A stretch of DNA of 55,160 nucleotides, from NCBI GenBank assembly GCA_964485195.1, contig CAZAIK010000008.1:1-55160 (forward strand). Reading direction: 5' to 3'. Made by a program: the position numbers and the translations under genes. Positions 37,332 through 48,027 of this stretch are shown here, one piece after another (position 1 is the first letter of the stretch; each line of letters opens with the position of its first letter). The DNA is from an uncultured Methanosarcinales archaeon. GTDB lineage: Archaea; Nanobdellota; Nanobdellia; Woesearchaeales; CAIVOO01. The notes under the pieces were generated by a model, which worked only from the letters and a program-made list of their open reading frames with translations, ran no database searches and was not told the origin of the DNA.

Positions 37332-38717
37332 ATGAAGCCAAGGTTTGAAACAATAATAAAACACCCATTGTTTTACATCATCCTGGCAGCGTTTCTCGCA
37401 AGATTGTACTTTCTGATAAATCAGGGAATGGTGTGGTGGGACTCTGCTGTTTACATAGGGATGGGCAAGCATATCTTTTCCTGGGGCGCAATTGGGATGG
37501 AAGAATTCTTCAGGCCGGTACTCTGGCCGCTAATCCTGGGATTTGCCTGGAAAATAGGCATAAACCCTTATTACTTCGGAATGCTGTTTGACTTGTTCCT
37601 GAACCTTGCGGCGATATGCCTCACTTACGTAATCGCGAAAAAAGTTGCAAACAGGAAGGCAGCCATAATAGCTGCAGTTCTTATGGCGATAAGCCCCGCC
37701 CTGATATTTTACAGCTCAGAAATACTGACTGAAAATTTAACAATTGTATTAACACTCCTGTCTGTTTATTTCCTGCTGGAAAAGAGGTATTCATATGCAG
37801 GCCTGTTGGCAGGCATTTCTGTGCTGGCAAGGTATCCCCAGGGCTTGCTGCTGCCCGCATTTCTGATTTTCATTCTGGTTTTTGAAAAGGCCGGGATGAA
37901 GGAAAAAACATTAAACTCTGCGAAAACAGCATTGTTTTTTATCATCCCGCTGATTGGATTGTTTTTGTACAATTTCCTGGCTTTCGGAGACGTTTTTTAC
38001 CAGCTGGCAAGAGCGCGGGAAATAGTGGCAAAGGTGGGAGGTTTTTTCCCTGAACCCTGGCATTTCTATTTCCTTGCCGTCGTGATTGAAAGCTTTCTCG
38101 CTGTTTTTTTCATCTATGCAGTTTATCTGTCCTGGAAGGAGAAAAACAAAGGCATCTCTCTCTTCATCATAATCTTCCTGCTTTTCTTTGCCTATTACTC
38201 AAGTGTATTGAGAAAAGAGATAAGATATCTGGTTGTCGTTCTCCCCGCTTTGTACATCCCTGTGGCCTACGCTCTTGAGAATGTATGGCATCAGCGGCTT
38301 TTCGGGAAAAGGAATATTAAAAAATATATTGTTGTGACATTAATAATAATATTTGCAGTGACCTCTTACTTCAATATCGCAGACAAGCAGGAAAGCTTTA
38401 ACCGCCCCCAAATCCCTGAAGTCATGGAAAAATTTTACGATGAGCAGCTTCTGAGCGGAAAATTCATTATTTCATCATCTCCCCATCCTGCGGCTTACCT
38501 GGATTCAAAGGTTTTTGTGATAGACCCTGCCAACTATTACAAGTACCTCAATTTATCTGCGGACTACTGCCTGATTTACACCTGCGACCTGTACTGTCCT
38601 GATGAGGACTGCAGGAACAACAGGAAAACATTCCTGACCATACTCAACAACACAAAAAGATTAGTCTATAAAAAGGAGTTGCAATACTGCTCTTACCTGC
38701 TTTATGAAAATGCTTAA
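37332..38717 (+). CDS. GT-C (PMT/ArnT-like) membrane glycosyltransferase
   Basis: WWDSAVY, RPVLWP, ILTEN, KEIRY; many TM segments. Confidence 0.82.
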   Translation: MKPRFETIIKHPLFYIILAAFLARLYFLINQGMVWWDSAVYIGMGKHIFSWGAIGMEEFFRPVLWPLILGFAWKIGINPYYFGMLFDLFLNLAAICLTYVIAKKVANRKAAIIAAVLMAISPALIFYSSEILTENLTIVLTLLSVYFLLEKRYSYAGLLAGISVLARYPQGLLLPAFLIFILVFEKAGMKEKTLNSAKTALFFIIPLIGLFLYNFLAFGDVFYQLARAREIVAKVGGFFPEPWHFYFLAVVIESFLAVFFIYAVYLSWKEKNKGISLFIIIFLLFFAYYSSVLRKEIRYLVVVLPALYIPVAYALENVWHQRLFGKRNIKKYIVVTLIIIFAVTSYFNIADKQESFNRPQIPEVMEKFYDEQLLSGKFIISSSPHPAAYLDSKVFVIDPANYYKYLNLSADYCLIYTCDLYCPDEDCRNNRKTFLTILNNTKRLVYKKELQYCSYLLYENA

Positions 38718-39561
38718 AGAACTTTTGACATTATGCCGGCCGCACCAGTGGTACAAGAACCTCCTGGTATTCCTGGCCCTTTTCTTCTCGGGAAACCTGT
38801 TCAATGCAGAACCCTTGCTGGCATCTGCCTATGCTTTTTTGATTTTGATAGTGGTCTCTTCTGCCAACTATTCCCTGAATGATGTTATTGACGCAAAAAA
38901 GGACAGGCACAACACAGAGAAGAGGAAAAGGCCGGTTGCAAGCGGCAAAATCAAGGTATGGCAGGCCTTCCTTTTCGCTGCTGTTCTCCTCGCCATTTCT
39001 TTCGTCCTTTCTGCAGTGCTCAGCATCCATTTTTTCTACGCCGTGCTTTCATTATTCGTGCTGACCTCTCTCTACTCTGTTGCTCTCAAGAAACTATTCC
39101 TGGCGGATGTCATAGCAATCTCAATAAATTTTGTGATAAGGGCGGTTGCAGGCGCTCTGGTCATCTCTGTTTTTGTGAGCCCCTGGCTGGTCATAGGCGT
39201 TTTCATATTCGCGTTTTTCCTGGTAACAGGCAAGCGCTACGGTGAGAAAGCACTGCTTGGAAAGAAGGCAGGCATTCACAGGAAGGTGCTGAAGCATTAC
39301 ACAAAGGAATTTTCGGAAAAAATGGTTTTTATTTCCGGGATTCTGCTCCTGGCAAGCTTTTTGCTGTTCGCGATTTTTGAGCACATCCTCCTCTTGTGGT
39401 CTTTCCCCCTGTTCGCCTACCTGCTGGCAAGGTACTTTCAGGTGATTAAAAAGAGGCCCCAAATTGCGGCAAGTCCTGAAAAGGCGTTTGCAGACCCTTA
39501 CCTGCTCATAACAAGCATAATCTTTATAATGGCTTCAGTATTGCTGCTTTACATAAAATGA
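38704..39561 (+). CDS. UbiA-family polyprenyl-phosphate phosphoribosyltransferase (DPPR synthase-like)
   Basis: RPHQWYKNLLVF, NDVIDAKKDRHN.EKRKRPVASG, KRYGE. Confidence 0.85.
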   Translation: MKMLKELLTLCRPHQWYKNLLVFLALFFSGNLFNAEPLLASAYAFLILIVVSSANYSLNDVIDAKKDRHNTEKRKRPVASGKIKVWQAFLFAAVLLAISFVLSAVLSIHFFYAVLSLFVLTSLYSVALKKLFLADVIAISINFVIRAVAGALVISVFVSPWLVIGVFIFAFFLVTGKRYGEKALLGKKAGIHRKVLKHYTKEFSEKMVFISGILLLASFLLFAIFEHILLLWSFPLFAYLLARYFQVIKKRPQIAASPEKAFADPYLLITSIIFIMASVLLLYIK

Positions 39562-40013
39562 AGAAGGGTTTCATATCAGAAAAGATAATGTGGCACATTT
39601 CCGGCCTTGGCACAGCCCTCTTTATGCTGGTGCTGGCAATAACAGTTTTCCTGGCCGGCTACGAACTGCTCGCCCTGCAACTGCTTGCAGCCCTGGCAGT
39701 TTCCTTTGCAGTGGCTTTCCCCGCCAAAATCCTGTTCTTCAAGGACAGGCCCAACAAGAAAAAGCACAAGAACTGGATCGAGAAGTTTGACGCTGCCTCA
39801 TTCCCCAGCCTGCACTCCAACAGGGCAGCCCTGCTTTTCATAATATTGTCTGTCTTTTTCGGCAGATTGCCGCTTGCAATATTCCTGGCTGTTGTCAGCG
39901 TATTGGTGGCTTATTCGAGAATCAGCCTGAAAAGGCATTTTATCTCAGACATCGCTGTGGGCTACTGCCTGGGGCTATTGGAAGGGGCCCTGATAGCCCT
40001 GTTTATACAATAA
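39558..40013 (+). CDS. PAP2-family phosphatase
   Basis: K......RP, SFPSLH, SRISLKRHFISD. Confidence 0.88.
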   Translation: MKKGFISEKIMWHISGLGTALFMLVLAITVFLAGYELLALQLLAALAVSFAVAFPAKILFFKDRPNKKKHKNWIEKFDAASFPSLHSNRAALLFIILSVFFGRLPLAIFLAVVSVLVAYSRISLKRHFISDIAVGYCLGLLEGALIALFIQ

Positions 40014-40047
40014 AAATATTTATAAAGATTCTTCATTCCTTTTTTGC

Positions 40048-40302
40048 ATGACCAATGAAAAAGAAACAAGGGAAAGGATGGACGAAGTCAGGAGAAAAAT
40101 TGAGGTTATGGAATGGGACAGAGGGAGAAACCAGTTCAATCCCGGGAAGATAGGGATGTACAACGAACTAAAGGAAGAGCTGGAAAAGCTGCAGGCAGAG
40201 CTCAATTCCGCGGTTTCTGTTACAGCTGCGCAAAACCCTGCTGAGAACACAGATGTAAAAGAAGGCGAGGAACAAACAGGAGATGATTTAAATGTTAAAT
40301 AA
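40048..40302 (+). CDS. Small hypothetical protein
   Basis: 84-aa ORF with upstream tttataaa. Confidence 0.6.
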   Translation: MTNEKETRERMDEVRRKIEVMEWDRGRNQFNPGKIGMYNELKEELEKLQAELNSAVSVTAAQNPAENTDVKEGEEQTGDDLNVK

Positions 40303-40621
40303 GGACAAAAAAGCAAGCATTTCAGATTTTTTCAGTTCAGGAGGGAAAACCTTCACGCCTGAAGAAAAACAATTCGTTTCAGAGCTGAAAAAAAGGTACT
40401 TCAGGCCAGTGTTGCAGAAGGCAGATGAAACGCTGTGCCTCCAGCATATGTCAGGCAATGGCAACTGCGAAATCAGGAAAGAAGAGGAAGGCATTTATGT
40501 GCGGTTTTCAGGAGTGCCTAAGCCTGTGAGGGTGGGACTTGAAAACTTTCTCAGCCCGGAGTCGATGGAAGCGATTTTTGGGGAAGACCAGTCCAGGCAT
40601 CCTCAAGTTCTGTATAAATAA
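40292..40621 (+). CDS. Hypothetical protein
   Basis: 109-aa ORF overlapping the upstream stop. Confidence 0.55.
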   Translation: MLNKDKKASISDFFSSGGKTFTPEEKQFVSELKKRYFRPVLQKADETLCLQHMSGNGNCEIRKEEEGIYVRFSGVPKPVRVGLENFLSPESMEAIFGEDQSRHPQVLYK

Positions 40622-40657
40622 CCAATCTTTTTAAATTTTTAATTTTGCTTAATTATC

Positions 40658-41650
40658 ATGAAGTCATATTTGTGCCTTGGGATTGAGCCAACAGCCCATA
40701 CTTTCGGAGTTTCAGTAGTGTCAAGCGACGGCAGCATTTTATCTAATGAAAAGAAGGTTTTCACCACAGAATCCGGGGGGATTGTCCCCAACCAGGCAGC
40801 TGAGCATCACGCCCAGAACTGCGACAAGATCATAAGGAAGGCGCTGGAAAATGCAGGCAAAACAATAAAAGACATCAAATTAATTTCATTTTCCCAGTCC
40901 CCCGGGCTGGGCCATTGCTTGAGGGTTGGAGCGATGGCTGCAAGAAGCCTGGCTTCAATGCACAAAAAGGAGCTGATAGGAGTGAATCACTGCATCGCGC
41001 ACCTGGAAATAGGAAGGCTGGCAACCAGGGCAAAGGACCCGGTGCTTCTTTATGTTTCCGGCGCAAACACGCAGGTAATTGCATATGAAAGCGGAAAGTA
41101 CAGGATTTTCGGCGAGACCCTTGATATGGGCGCAGGCAATTTCATAGACACATTTGCCCGGACTGTCGGGCTGGGATTCCCTGGAGGCCCCGGGATTTAT
41201 GAGCTTTCAAAAAAAGCAAAGAAGTTTGTTCCCATACCTTATGTGGTAAAAGGAATGGATGTTTCTTTTTCAGGAATACTCACAAACCTGCAGCAGAAGT
41301 ACATTTCAGGAAAATTCTCAAAGGATGACCTTGCTTATTCGCTGCAGGAAACCATTTTCGCAATGCTGTTGGAGGTTGCAGAAAGGGCAATGGCGCACAC
41401 AGGCAAGGAGGAACTGCTTCTCGGAGGGGGGGTTGCGTGCAACAAGAGATTTCAGGAAATGGCAAGAATAATGTGCAGGGAGAGGAATGCAAAATGCTTC
41501 ATCCCTCCCAATGACTTGCTGGTGGACAATGCTGCAATGATAGCCTGGCAGGGAATACTCCAGCATAATGCAGGCGAAAGATTAAGAATAAAAGAGGCAA
41601 AGGTCAGTCCTTACCTGAGAACTGATGATGTAAAGGTCACCTGGAGATAA
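40658..41650 (+). CDS. kae1: tRNA N6-threonylcarbamoyltransferase Kae1
   Basis: NHCIAHLEIG, YVSGANTQV, GETLD, PYVVKGMDVSFSG, DNAAMIA. Confidence 0.95.
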   Translation: MKSYLCLGIEPTAHTFGVSVVSSDGSILSNEKKVFTTESGGIVPNQAAEHHAQNCDKIIRKALENAGKTIKDIKLISFSQSPGLGHCLRVGAMAARSLASMHKKELIGVNHCIAHLEIGRLATRAKDPVLLYVSGANTQVIAYESGKYRIFGETLDMGAGNFIDTFARTVGLGFPGGPGIYELSKKAKKFVPIPYVVKGMDVSFSGILTNLQQKYISGKFSKDDLAYSLQETIFAMLLEVAERAMAHTGKEELLLGGGVACNKRFQEMARIMCRERNAKCFIPPNDLLVDNAAMIAWQGILQHNAGERLRIKEAKVSPYLRTDDVKVTWR

Positions 41651-41827
41651 TCATTCCTTTTCAGGAACATCCTCTTCTGCCACCGCTTCAAGCTCTTCCT
41701 CTTCCTCGGGTGTAAGCTCTTCAAATATCGCTCCGCAATCCTGGCAGATTGTCTGGTCGTCTTCCCTGTTGTACACAATATTCGAGCTTCCGCATTCAAC
41801 GCACGTCTTCCGCAGTTTCTTTTTCAT
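41651..41827 (-). CDS. TFIIB-type zinc-ribbon small protein with acidic tail
   Basis: CVECGSSNIV...ICQDCG. Confidence 0.8.
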   Translation of the reverse strand: MKKKLRKTCVECGSSNIVYNREDDQTICQDCGAIFEELTPEEEEELEAVAEEDVPEKE

Positions 41828-41884
41828 AATGAAAACAGTGGAGAATGCTCTTTTTAAAGGTTTTGTTGTAACCAGCAAAAAGTG

Positions 41885-43822
41885 TTACCTGCCGTTGACA
41901 GCCAGGATGGCCCTTAGAATGGCCTGTTTTCCTTTCCAGTCAAGAACATCCTTCAGCACTTCTGAAATCTTGGTGACAGGCTTTATCCTTATCTTCCTTA
42001 GTTTCTCTTTTTCAACCACTATGTCCTGAAGATTGGCTTTTGGCACGATTATGTTTTTTATCCCTGCCTCAATCGCAGCTTCCACTTTTGCGCTGACCCC
42101 TCCTATTGGAAGAACTTCCCCCCTGACTGAAAGGCTGCCTGTCATTGCATAGTCCTGCTTTATTGGTATCTTTTTCAGGGCACTGATAATGGATGTTGCC
42201 ACAGCTATGGATGCGCTGTCCCCCTCAACTCCCTCGTAAGTCTGCAAGAACTGCACGTAAATGTCATACTTGCCCTGAATGTCTTCTCCGAACAGTTTTT
42301 TTATTATTGCTGTCACGTTCTTGATAGCCTCTTTTGCGATTGTGCCCAGCTTGCCTGTTGCCGTAACCCTTGTCTCCTTTCCCCCAAGGGTAACTTCTGA
42401 CTCAATTGGAAGTATGATTCCTGAAAATGCGCCTTCTGTTCCCAGGACAGCCATTCCATTAACCCTTCCAACCTGCTTGCCCTTTACCTTGATAATGTCA
42501 TACTGTTTTTTCATGCTAATGTACCTGTCAGCTATCTGCTGTTCCAGGGTTCTTGCAACTTTCAGGGCGTCTTCAATATGCGCCGACTCCACTAATTTGG
42601 CATTGCCCTCTTTTGCTATGTCTCCTGCCGCCCTTATCAGGCCTCCAAGCTCCCTTAACCTGAGGGTAAGGTGGCCTTTCCTGTTCGCCCTCTTCCTGGC
42701 TTCCTGTATCATTCTCAGCACGGCATTTCTTGAAAAATTAGGGATTCTCTCGTCCTTGACAATTTCCTGGGCAACAAACACAGCAAGCTTTTCCCTGTTG
42801 GCAGCACTGTCCTTCATTGTGTCCTTCATGTAAACTTCATAACCATACCCTCTAATTCTTGACCTGAGGGCGGGATGCATATGCTTGACTGTTTCCATGT
42901 TTCCCGCTGCTACCAGGACAAACTTGCACGGAACAGGGTCAGTGCGGACCATTGCCCCGGCGCTTCTCTCGCTCTGCCCTGTGATGGAATACTTGCCTTC
43001 CTGCAGCGCTGTCAAGAGCTCCTGCTGGGTTGCAGGCGCTAGTGTCGCAATCTCGTCTATGAAGAGAACGCCCATATGCGACTTGTGAATCATTCCAGCC
43101 ACGACCCTCTCGTGGGCAGGTGTTCCAAGCCCTCCCGACTGGAAAGGGTCGTGCAGGACATCTCCCAGAAGGGCTCCTGCGTGGGCTCCTGTGGCGTCCA
43201 GGAAAGGAGCTGTTCCCTTCTTGTAATTGTCAACAATCAAATGCGGTGTCTTGATTTTTTCAATTGTTTTCCTTCCGAAATTCACGAACAGGATGGCTCC
43301 TATGAAAAAGACAATTCCTCCGAGGAAGAATGCCGCGAACATTATGTCCGACTGGTAAACCTTTCGTATCCACCAGGGGATAACCATTGCAACTATTGCG
43401 AGTATGAGGATTAATATGTTCTGGCTTCTCAGGCTTGAGACAGTGTTCATCTTTGCAGAAGCAACTATTTCCCTGCCCTTGCTCGCAGGCACAGTCTGTA
43501 CCAGCGGCTGGTTTTCATCATTTGGATTGGGAACTGAAAGAATGTCCATTAGTTTTTCCTTTGGGAGCAGCTCTGCAAGCGCCAAGCCGAGCATTGACTT
43601 GCCGGTGCCCGGTTCCCCAATAAGAAGAACGTGCCTTCTCTGGGACGCGGCCTTTTTTATGACCTCCACAGCATCTTCCTGACCCACTACCTGCTCAGAA
43701 ATTCTCTTGGAAACAGGAATCTCGCTTGTGTCCCTGAAATCAAGCTCTATCTTGCTCTGTTTGGCAGTTTTTCTGGCTGCTTTTTTCTTTTCTGCAGATT
43801 TTCTCTTAACTTTCTTCGCCAT
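41885..43822 (-). CDS. lonB: Archaeal membrane-bound Lon protease
   Basis: Walker A GEPGTGKS, two TM segments inside the AAA domain, EGDSAS catalytic Ser, GGVSAK Lys. Confidence 0.96.
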   Translation of the reverse strand: MAKKVKRKSAEKKKAARKTAKQSKIELDFRDTSEIPVSKRISEQVVGQEDAVEVIKKAASQRRHVLLIGEPGTGKSMLGLALAELLPKEKLMDILSVPNPNDENQPLVQTVPASKGREIVASAKMNTVSSLRSQNILILILAIVAMVIPWWIRKVYQSDIMFAAFFLGGIVFFIGAILFVNFGRKTIEKIKTPHLIVDNYKKGTAPFLDATGAHAGALLGDVLHDPFQSGGLGTPAHERVVAGMIHKSHMGVLFIDEIATLAPATQQELLTALQEGKYSITGQSERSAGAMVRTDPVPCKFVLVAAGNMETVKHMHPALRSRIRGYGYEVYMKDTMKDSAANREKLAVFVAQEIVKDERIPNFSRNAVLRMIQEARKRANRKGHLTLRLRELGGLIRAAGDIAKEGNAKLVESAHIEDALKVARTLEQQIADRYISMKKQYDIIKVKGKQVGRVNGMAVLGTEGAFSGIILPIESEVTLGGKETRVTATGKLGTIAKEAIKNVTAIIKKLFGEDIQGKYDIYVQFLQTYEGVEGDSASIAVATSIISALKKIPIKQDYAMTGSLSVRGEVLPIGGVSAKVEAAIEAGIKNIIVPKANLQDIVVEKEKLRKIRIKPVTKISEVLKDVLDWKGKQAILRAILAVNGR

Positions 43823-43932
43823 CCCCTGATTTATAAAGGGCTTATTTAAAAATGTTATGAAAAAATTTATTAGTCACTATTCGGTGGTTAAATTAGAAAA
43901 GTTTATAAACCAGGCAAAACAGCTTAAGGAAG

Positions 43933-45090
43933 ATGAACAACTTGAATAAGCAAGAACTGGAAACCATAGCAGAGGGAATCATTGGAAAAGAATGCCAAGT
44001 GAAGAAACCCCGGTTTAAGAGGTTATACATCGCCAAGGAAAAGGGCAAGTTTATGCGTAAGATCAGGGGAAGCAAATTGTCCAGGCCCATTAAAACAGGA
44101 ACTGCAGCATTGATTATTGCAGCATCTTCCATTCCTGTGCAATCCACCCTTGATATCATCTTGCAAAACCTCTTGCCAAAATATAGCCTTGTTTCAACAG
44201 CAGAGGCTGCCAAACCTGAAGTTGAATTCCAATTCAACGAGAAAGATGCAATTGCATTGAGCTCGAGCGTGGTAATCAACGGATTGCTGGGCGGCTTAGG
44301 CGCGCATTTTAAGCTAAGCCCAAATTCAAAAATACGCACTGACTCTAATTTCTGGAAAGGTTTTCAGCAGGGAATGGTGGGAGGCGCTTTCACCTATGCT
44401 GGTATGAAAACTATGACATTTCAGAATGAATGGGACTATTCTATCTTGACAGGAAAACAGATAAGTGACCTTGGAACGTCAATAACTCATTCAGCTGCAA
44501 TGGGCGAGGACTGGTTGAAGAATCCGAGATATATGACAGACTTTGGGCCTTTTGTTTTAAACTGGGAAAAGGAGAAGGGGTTAAAACCTGAAATGCTAAT
44601 ATTGCCTGGGTCAGCCATATGCACAGGGTACGCGCTTGCACGTCACAAACTGAATATTAAACAGACCACGAAGACCGGATTGCTCATATTTGATGGCTAT
44701 ATGGGAGATTCCGAAGAATATTCTGAGGACCATAGGCAAGGGGTGCATATGGCAAACATAGCAGTGATACCTGCAGAAGAAACAGACCTTGACCATAAGC
44801 CATCGCATAACTACAATATCACTCTAGCTCATGAAGCTATTCATTCAAGGCAGTATATTGGGTGGATGCCGCTTGATATCCTGATAGATAGCAAACTTAA
44901 TGAAATGAGCGGGAGAAATCCAAAAGTCGGTTTGTTAAAGTATTCAAGCCATAATTTCAGGTTCGGTCCGGATGTTGGGGGAATGGCATGGACTGGCATA
45001 GGAGACCTTTCTCAGATTATGGGGGTGCCCTATCATTACAAAAATAATGAATTTGCCAGTTTTAACCTGTTTAATTTTGAAAATTATTGA
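43933..45090 (+). CDS. Hypothetical exported protein with HExxH motif
   Basis: LAHEAIHSRQ; hydrophobic N-terminal segment; start uncertain. Confidence 0.6.
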   Translation: MNNLNKQELETIAEGIIGKECQVKKPRFKRLYIAKEKGKFMRKIRGSKLSRPIKTGTAALIIAASSIPVQSTLDIILQNLLPKYSLVSTAEAAKPEVEFQFNEKDAIALSSSVVINGLLGGLGAHFKLSPNSKIRTDSNFWKGFQQGMVGGAFTYAGMKTMTFQNEWDYSILTGKQISDLGTSITHSAAMGEDWLKNPRYMTDFGPFVLNWEKEKGLKPEMLILPGSAICTGYALARHKLNIKQTTKTGLLIFDGYMGDSEEYSEDHRQGVHMANIAVIPAEETDLDHKPSHNYNITLAHEAIHSRQYIGWMPLDILIDSKLNEMSGRNPKVGLLKYSSHNFRFGPDVGGMAWTGIGDLSQIMGVPYHYKNNEFASFNLFNFENY

Positions 45091-45412
45091 AGGTAGAAGA
45101 TGAAACCAGGCATTTACTCGCTATTTGAGGCAGAGCCGTGGGCAAAGCTTTTCAGGACCCCGCAAAAGGCAGATGAAAATGCTTGATGAATCAAGGAGAA
45201 TCTCAAAACAGGGATTGCTGGTATCGCTTCCCCTGAAAGACACTGAATGGGCGATGGCAATGTCAAGATACCTGAACACGTCTATAACCAGCGCTTCCAT
45301 AGGAACCGCTGGATTTACATCCCTGAAAATGCTGAAAAACTCGTTGAAGCAATGTGCTTTGAATTCAAAAGGTCAGGGGATGACAATGAATTTTACGTTC
45401 TTAAGTGAATTT

Positions 45413-46450
45413 TTATATGACTGAATTGCTTTTAAGATACTCATACTGCCTCATCGCAATCCTGTAAAAGTCCCTTTTTGTTTCCTCTGCCTGCTCGGCA
45501 AACCATCTCACCCCGGGATTTGCATCCCCGCCGGCAATGAAACCCGCTTTCAGGTCATTAAACCCTGTTCTCATAGCCATATAAACAGGCTTGTCCGGCT
45601 TCTCAAACCTGAAAAAGTCGGGGTCTGCCCTGAAGAACTTGCTGTTGAAGTCGCAAAGCACTCCTGCAGAGACATAATCCTTCTCTGTCATAACTGCCCT
45701 TAACGTGTCAATAACAGCTTTGGCAGTGAGCTCGCTTGTCGTGTTCCTCGCCATTACCTGCATATGGGCGAAAAGGGATGCGAATTCCTGAACATTGAGG
45801 AACTGTCCTGCAAGGGATTTAAGCTCTCTCAGCCTTATATTGTTTACTGTTGCATTATTGTACGCAAGCACCATTTCGTTGTCGTCGTGGCTTCCTATGA
45901 CAAATATGTTGTCTTTGTCAATCTTTCCTGTTAAAGAGTCGGTAAGGTATTCCTCAACAGCTATGCCCGCCCTTATTGAGTCAACGTGGGCGCAGCCTAT
46001 TGTTAATTCAGGATTCCGCCCGCACCAATTCACAGCGTCCTGCGAAAGCGTTAATATGTGGTTTGTCACTATTATCTCCAGGGCATCATCAGGTATTTGG
46101 GAGGAAATTTCCCTGTTAAGCTCAAGATTAGCCTTTCCCATCTCTCTCCTGTCCTTGTACTGCCTTGCTTCAGGCTTGCTTGCGCAGTTGATGACTATGT
46201 GAGGCATAAAGTCTGAAAGAGTATCAGTATGGCAGGACCTGATGTCAAGTCCTTTCATATAACCTGACCTTAGGCCTTGCAATGCCTGGCCGCTGATTTT
46301 TGCGTTCTCCCTGTTCCGCGAGAAAATCAGCAGCTTGCCTATGGAATGTTTTGCTTCAGGGACAGGATTCATCATCGCTATGAACTTTGCGACCTCCCAT
46401 CCAACATTTCCCATTCCGACAACAGCCACTTCAAGATTCCTGTTTTCCAT
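45413..46450 (-). CDS. Divergent lactate/malate dehydrogenase-like protein
   Basis: VAVVGMGNVG, DRREMGKANL, IVTN, VDSIRA, FVIGSHDD. Confidence 0.7.
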   Translation of the reverse strand: MENRNLEVAVVGMGNVGWEVAKFIAMMNPVPEAKHSIGKLLIFSRNRENAKISGQALQGLRSGYMKGLDIRSCHTDTLSDFMPHIVINCASKPEARQYKDRREMGKANLELNREISSQIPDDALEIIVTNHILTLSQDAVNWCGRNPELTIGCAHVDSIRAGIAVEEYLTDSLTGKIDKDNIFVIGSHDDNEMVLAYNNATVNNIRLRELKSLAGQFLNVQEFASLFAHMQVMARNTTSELTAKAVIDTLRAVMTEKDYVSAGVLCDFNSKFFRADPDFFRFEKPDKPVYMAMRTGFNDLKAGFIAGGDANPGVRWFAEQAEETKRDFYRIAMRQYEYLKSNSVI

Positions 46451-46504
46451 AATACTTAATTGTCAGAAAAAATTAAAAAACTATCCCCTCTTTCCTAAAC
46501 GAGA

Positions 46505-46957
46505 TTACTTCTTGAAGAAGAGCCAGTTCTTCGGATTTCCTCTCATCCTGGTGTGGACAAGCACGTACTCCCCCTTCAGCTTTTCTCCCTTGATGTCAAT
46601 AATCCAGTCGTCCTTGCCTTCCTTCAAAGTCTGGTAAGTTCCTTTGTCCCACACTTCCACCTTGCCCGCGCCGTACTCATCCTCGGGAATCTTGCCCTCA
46701 AAAAAGGCGTAGTCAACAGGGTGGTCCTCTGTCTGCACAGCAAGCCTTTTCACTCCCTTTTTCTTGGGAGGCTGCTTGGGGATTGCCCAGCTTTTCAGAA
46801 CCCCTTCCCTTTCCAGCCTCAGGTCATAGTGCAGGTGGCTGGCGTCGTGCTTTTGTATTGAATAGACAAGCCCTTTCTTTCTTGACTTCTTTTTCTTGGC
46901 CTTCGGCTCAGGCGTCTTTGAGAAGTCCCTCTTTTTCTTGTATTCTTCAAGACCCAT
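46505..46957 (-). CDS. Stand-alone LigD 3'-phosphoesterase domain
   Basis: [54 protein letters not shown]. Confidence 0.93.
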   Translation of the reverse strand: MGLEEYKKKRDFSKTPEPKAKKKKSRKKGLVYSIQKHDASHLHYDLRLEREGVLKSWAIPKQPPKKKGVKRLAVQTEDHPVDYAFFEGKIPEDEYGAGKVEVWDKGTYQTLKEGKDDWIIDIKGEKLKGEYVLVHTRMRGNPKNWLFFKK

Positions 46958-46968
46958 AAACAATATCA

Positions 46969-47775
46969 TTATTCAGGGGTATTTAAAGCTGACGCTGCGT
47001 TAAGAAGATATTCCCTTACTTTGTCAATGTCAAGATATTCAGCCCTTCCCCTTTTCGTTCTTAATCCGCCTTCTGCATCGATGCAAAAACTGGTGTTTCC
47101 CAATTCTCTCTTTACTCCTTTTATCTTGTCTTCAACATTTTTCCCGTCAAGCCCTCCGGCAAATCCAAGTGTTATGCTGGGAAAAACCTCTTTTATTCTC
47201 TTGTACATCATCACTGAAATCATTGTGTTAAATTCCTGTTTTGTGCCTCCGGAAGGGTCTATCAGAAGATAGTCTATGTGGTCTTTATGGTTTTGCAGGT
47301 TTTCAATTATTTCATTTGTGCTACAGTTGTTCATCATCTGGCCTGATAGCTGCATTACAATCTGCATTTCAGGAAATGACTCGAGAATCTCCTCAAGATG
47401 CGCAGGTTCAGGCCAGGGAATGTTCAGCTGCACAGCCCTGCACAGCCCTTTTTCATACAACCCCCTGAAAAGCTTTTTTATCTGATGAGGCAAGTCCTCA
47501 GTTTCCGGGGTTGCATAGTGAACCATGTTCAACGCCCTGTCCTTTGATTTTTCCATTAGGGGCTCAAGCATGCTCTGGTTGGGATATCTCAGGTTAGGCA
47601 CCTTGCCTTTTTTTGGAGGAATTCCGTGCAATGTTTTGTAATGCGCAAGATATCCCATCATCGGGATATGCTTTGTTTTCATTGAGAATCCTGCTTTCTT
47701 GAAGGCATTGGCAACAGCGTCAGCTTCTGTGGGATTGACTATTCCTGTGACCCCCACATAAGGTTTTGCATCCAT
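46969..47775 (-). CDS. TrpF-like TIM-barrel protein of unknown function
   Basis: [32 protein letters not shown]. Confidence 0.65.
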   Translation of the reverse strand: MDAKPYVGVTGIVNPTEADAVANAFKKAGFSMKTKHIPMMGYLAHYKTLHGIPPKKGKVPNLRYPNQSMLEPLMEKSKDRALNMVHYATPETEDLPHQIKKLFRGLYEKGLCRAVQLNIPWPEPAHLEEILESFPEMQIVMQLSGQMMNNCSTNEIIENLQNHKDHIDYLLIDPSGGTKQEFNTMISVMMYKRIKEVFPSITLGFAGGLDGKNVEDKIKGVKRELGNTSFCIDAEGGLRTKRGRAEYLDIDKVREYLLNAASALNTPE

Positions 47776-47811
47776 AAAAAATCAGTGTCAAGAAAAACTT
47801 AAATAACTTTC

Positions 47812-47943
47812 TCAATAGATTTCAGGCAGGTTTTCCCTGTCTTCCTCGTCCAGTGTCACGATTACGTCACAGTTCTTGCAGTAGAATATTTCCTTTCCTA
47901 CCTGCATAGCTGCCTGCCCGCAATAGCTGCATTTAACTGCCAT
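47812..47943 (-). CDS. 43-aa zinc-ribbon microprotein (absent from the ORF track)
   Basis: Hand translation MAVKCSYCGQAAMQVGKEIFYCKNCDVIVTLDEEDRENLPEIY. Confidence 0.65.
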   Translation of the reverse strand: MAVKCSYCGQAAMQVGKEIFYCKNCDVIVTLDEEDRENLPEIY

Positions 47944-48027
47944 GGTTTCCCCAACTAGATAAAATAGCCTCTGTAAGTAATGGTTCGTAACAGGTTATTA
48001 AATTGTGTGTATATGTTGTATATGTTT

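Noticed and set aside
40670..40700. Kae1 N-terminal motif reads GIEPTAHT instead of GIESTAHT
   Set aside because: A single-base difference that may be a sequencing error or tolerated variant; all other motifs are intact.
45100..45424. Short overlapping ORFs after the HExxH gene
   Set aside because: No frame gives a convincing product and the correct frame cannot be chosen.
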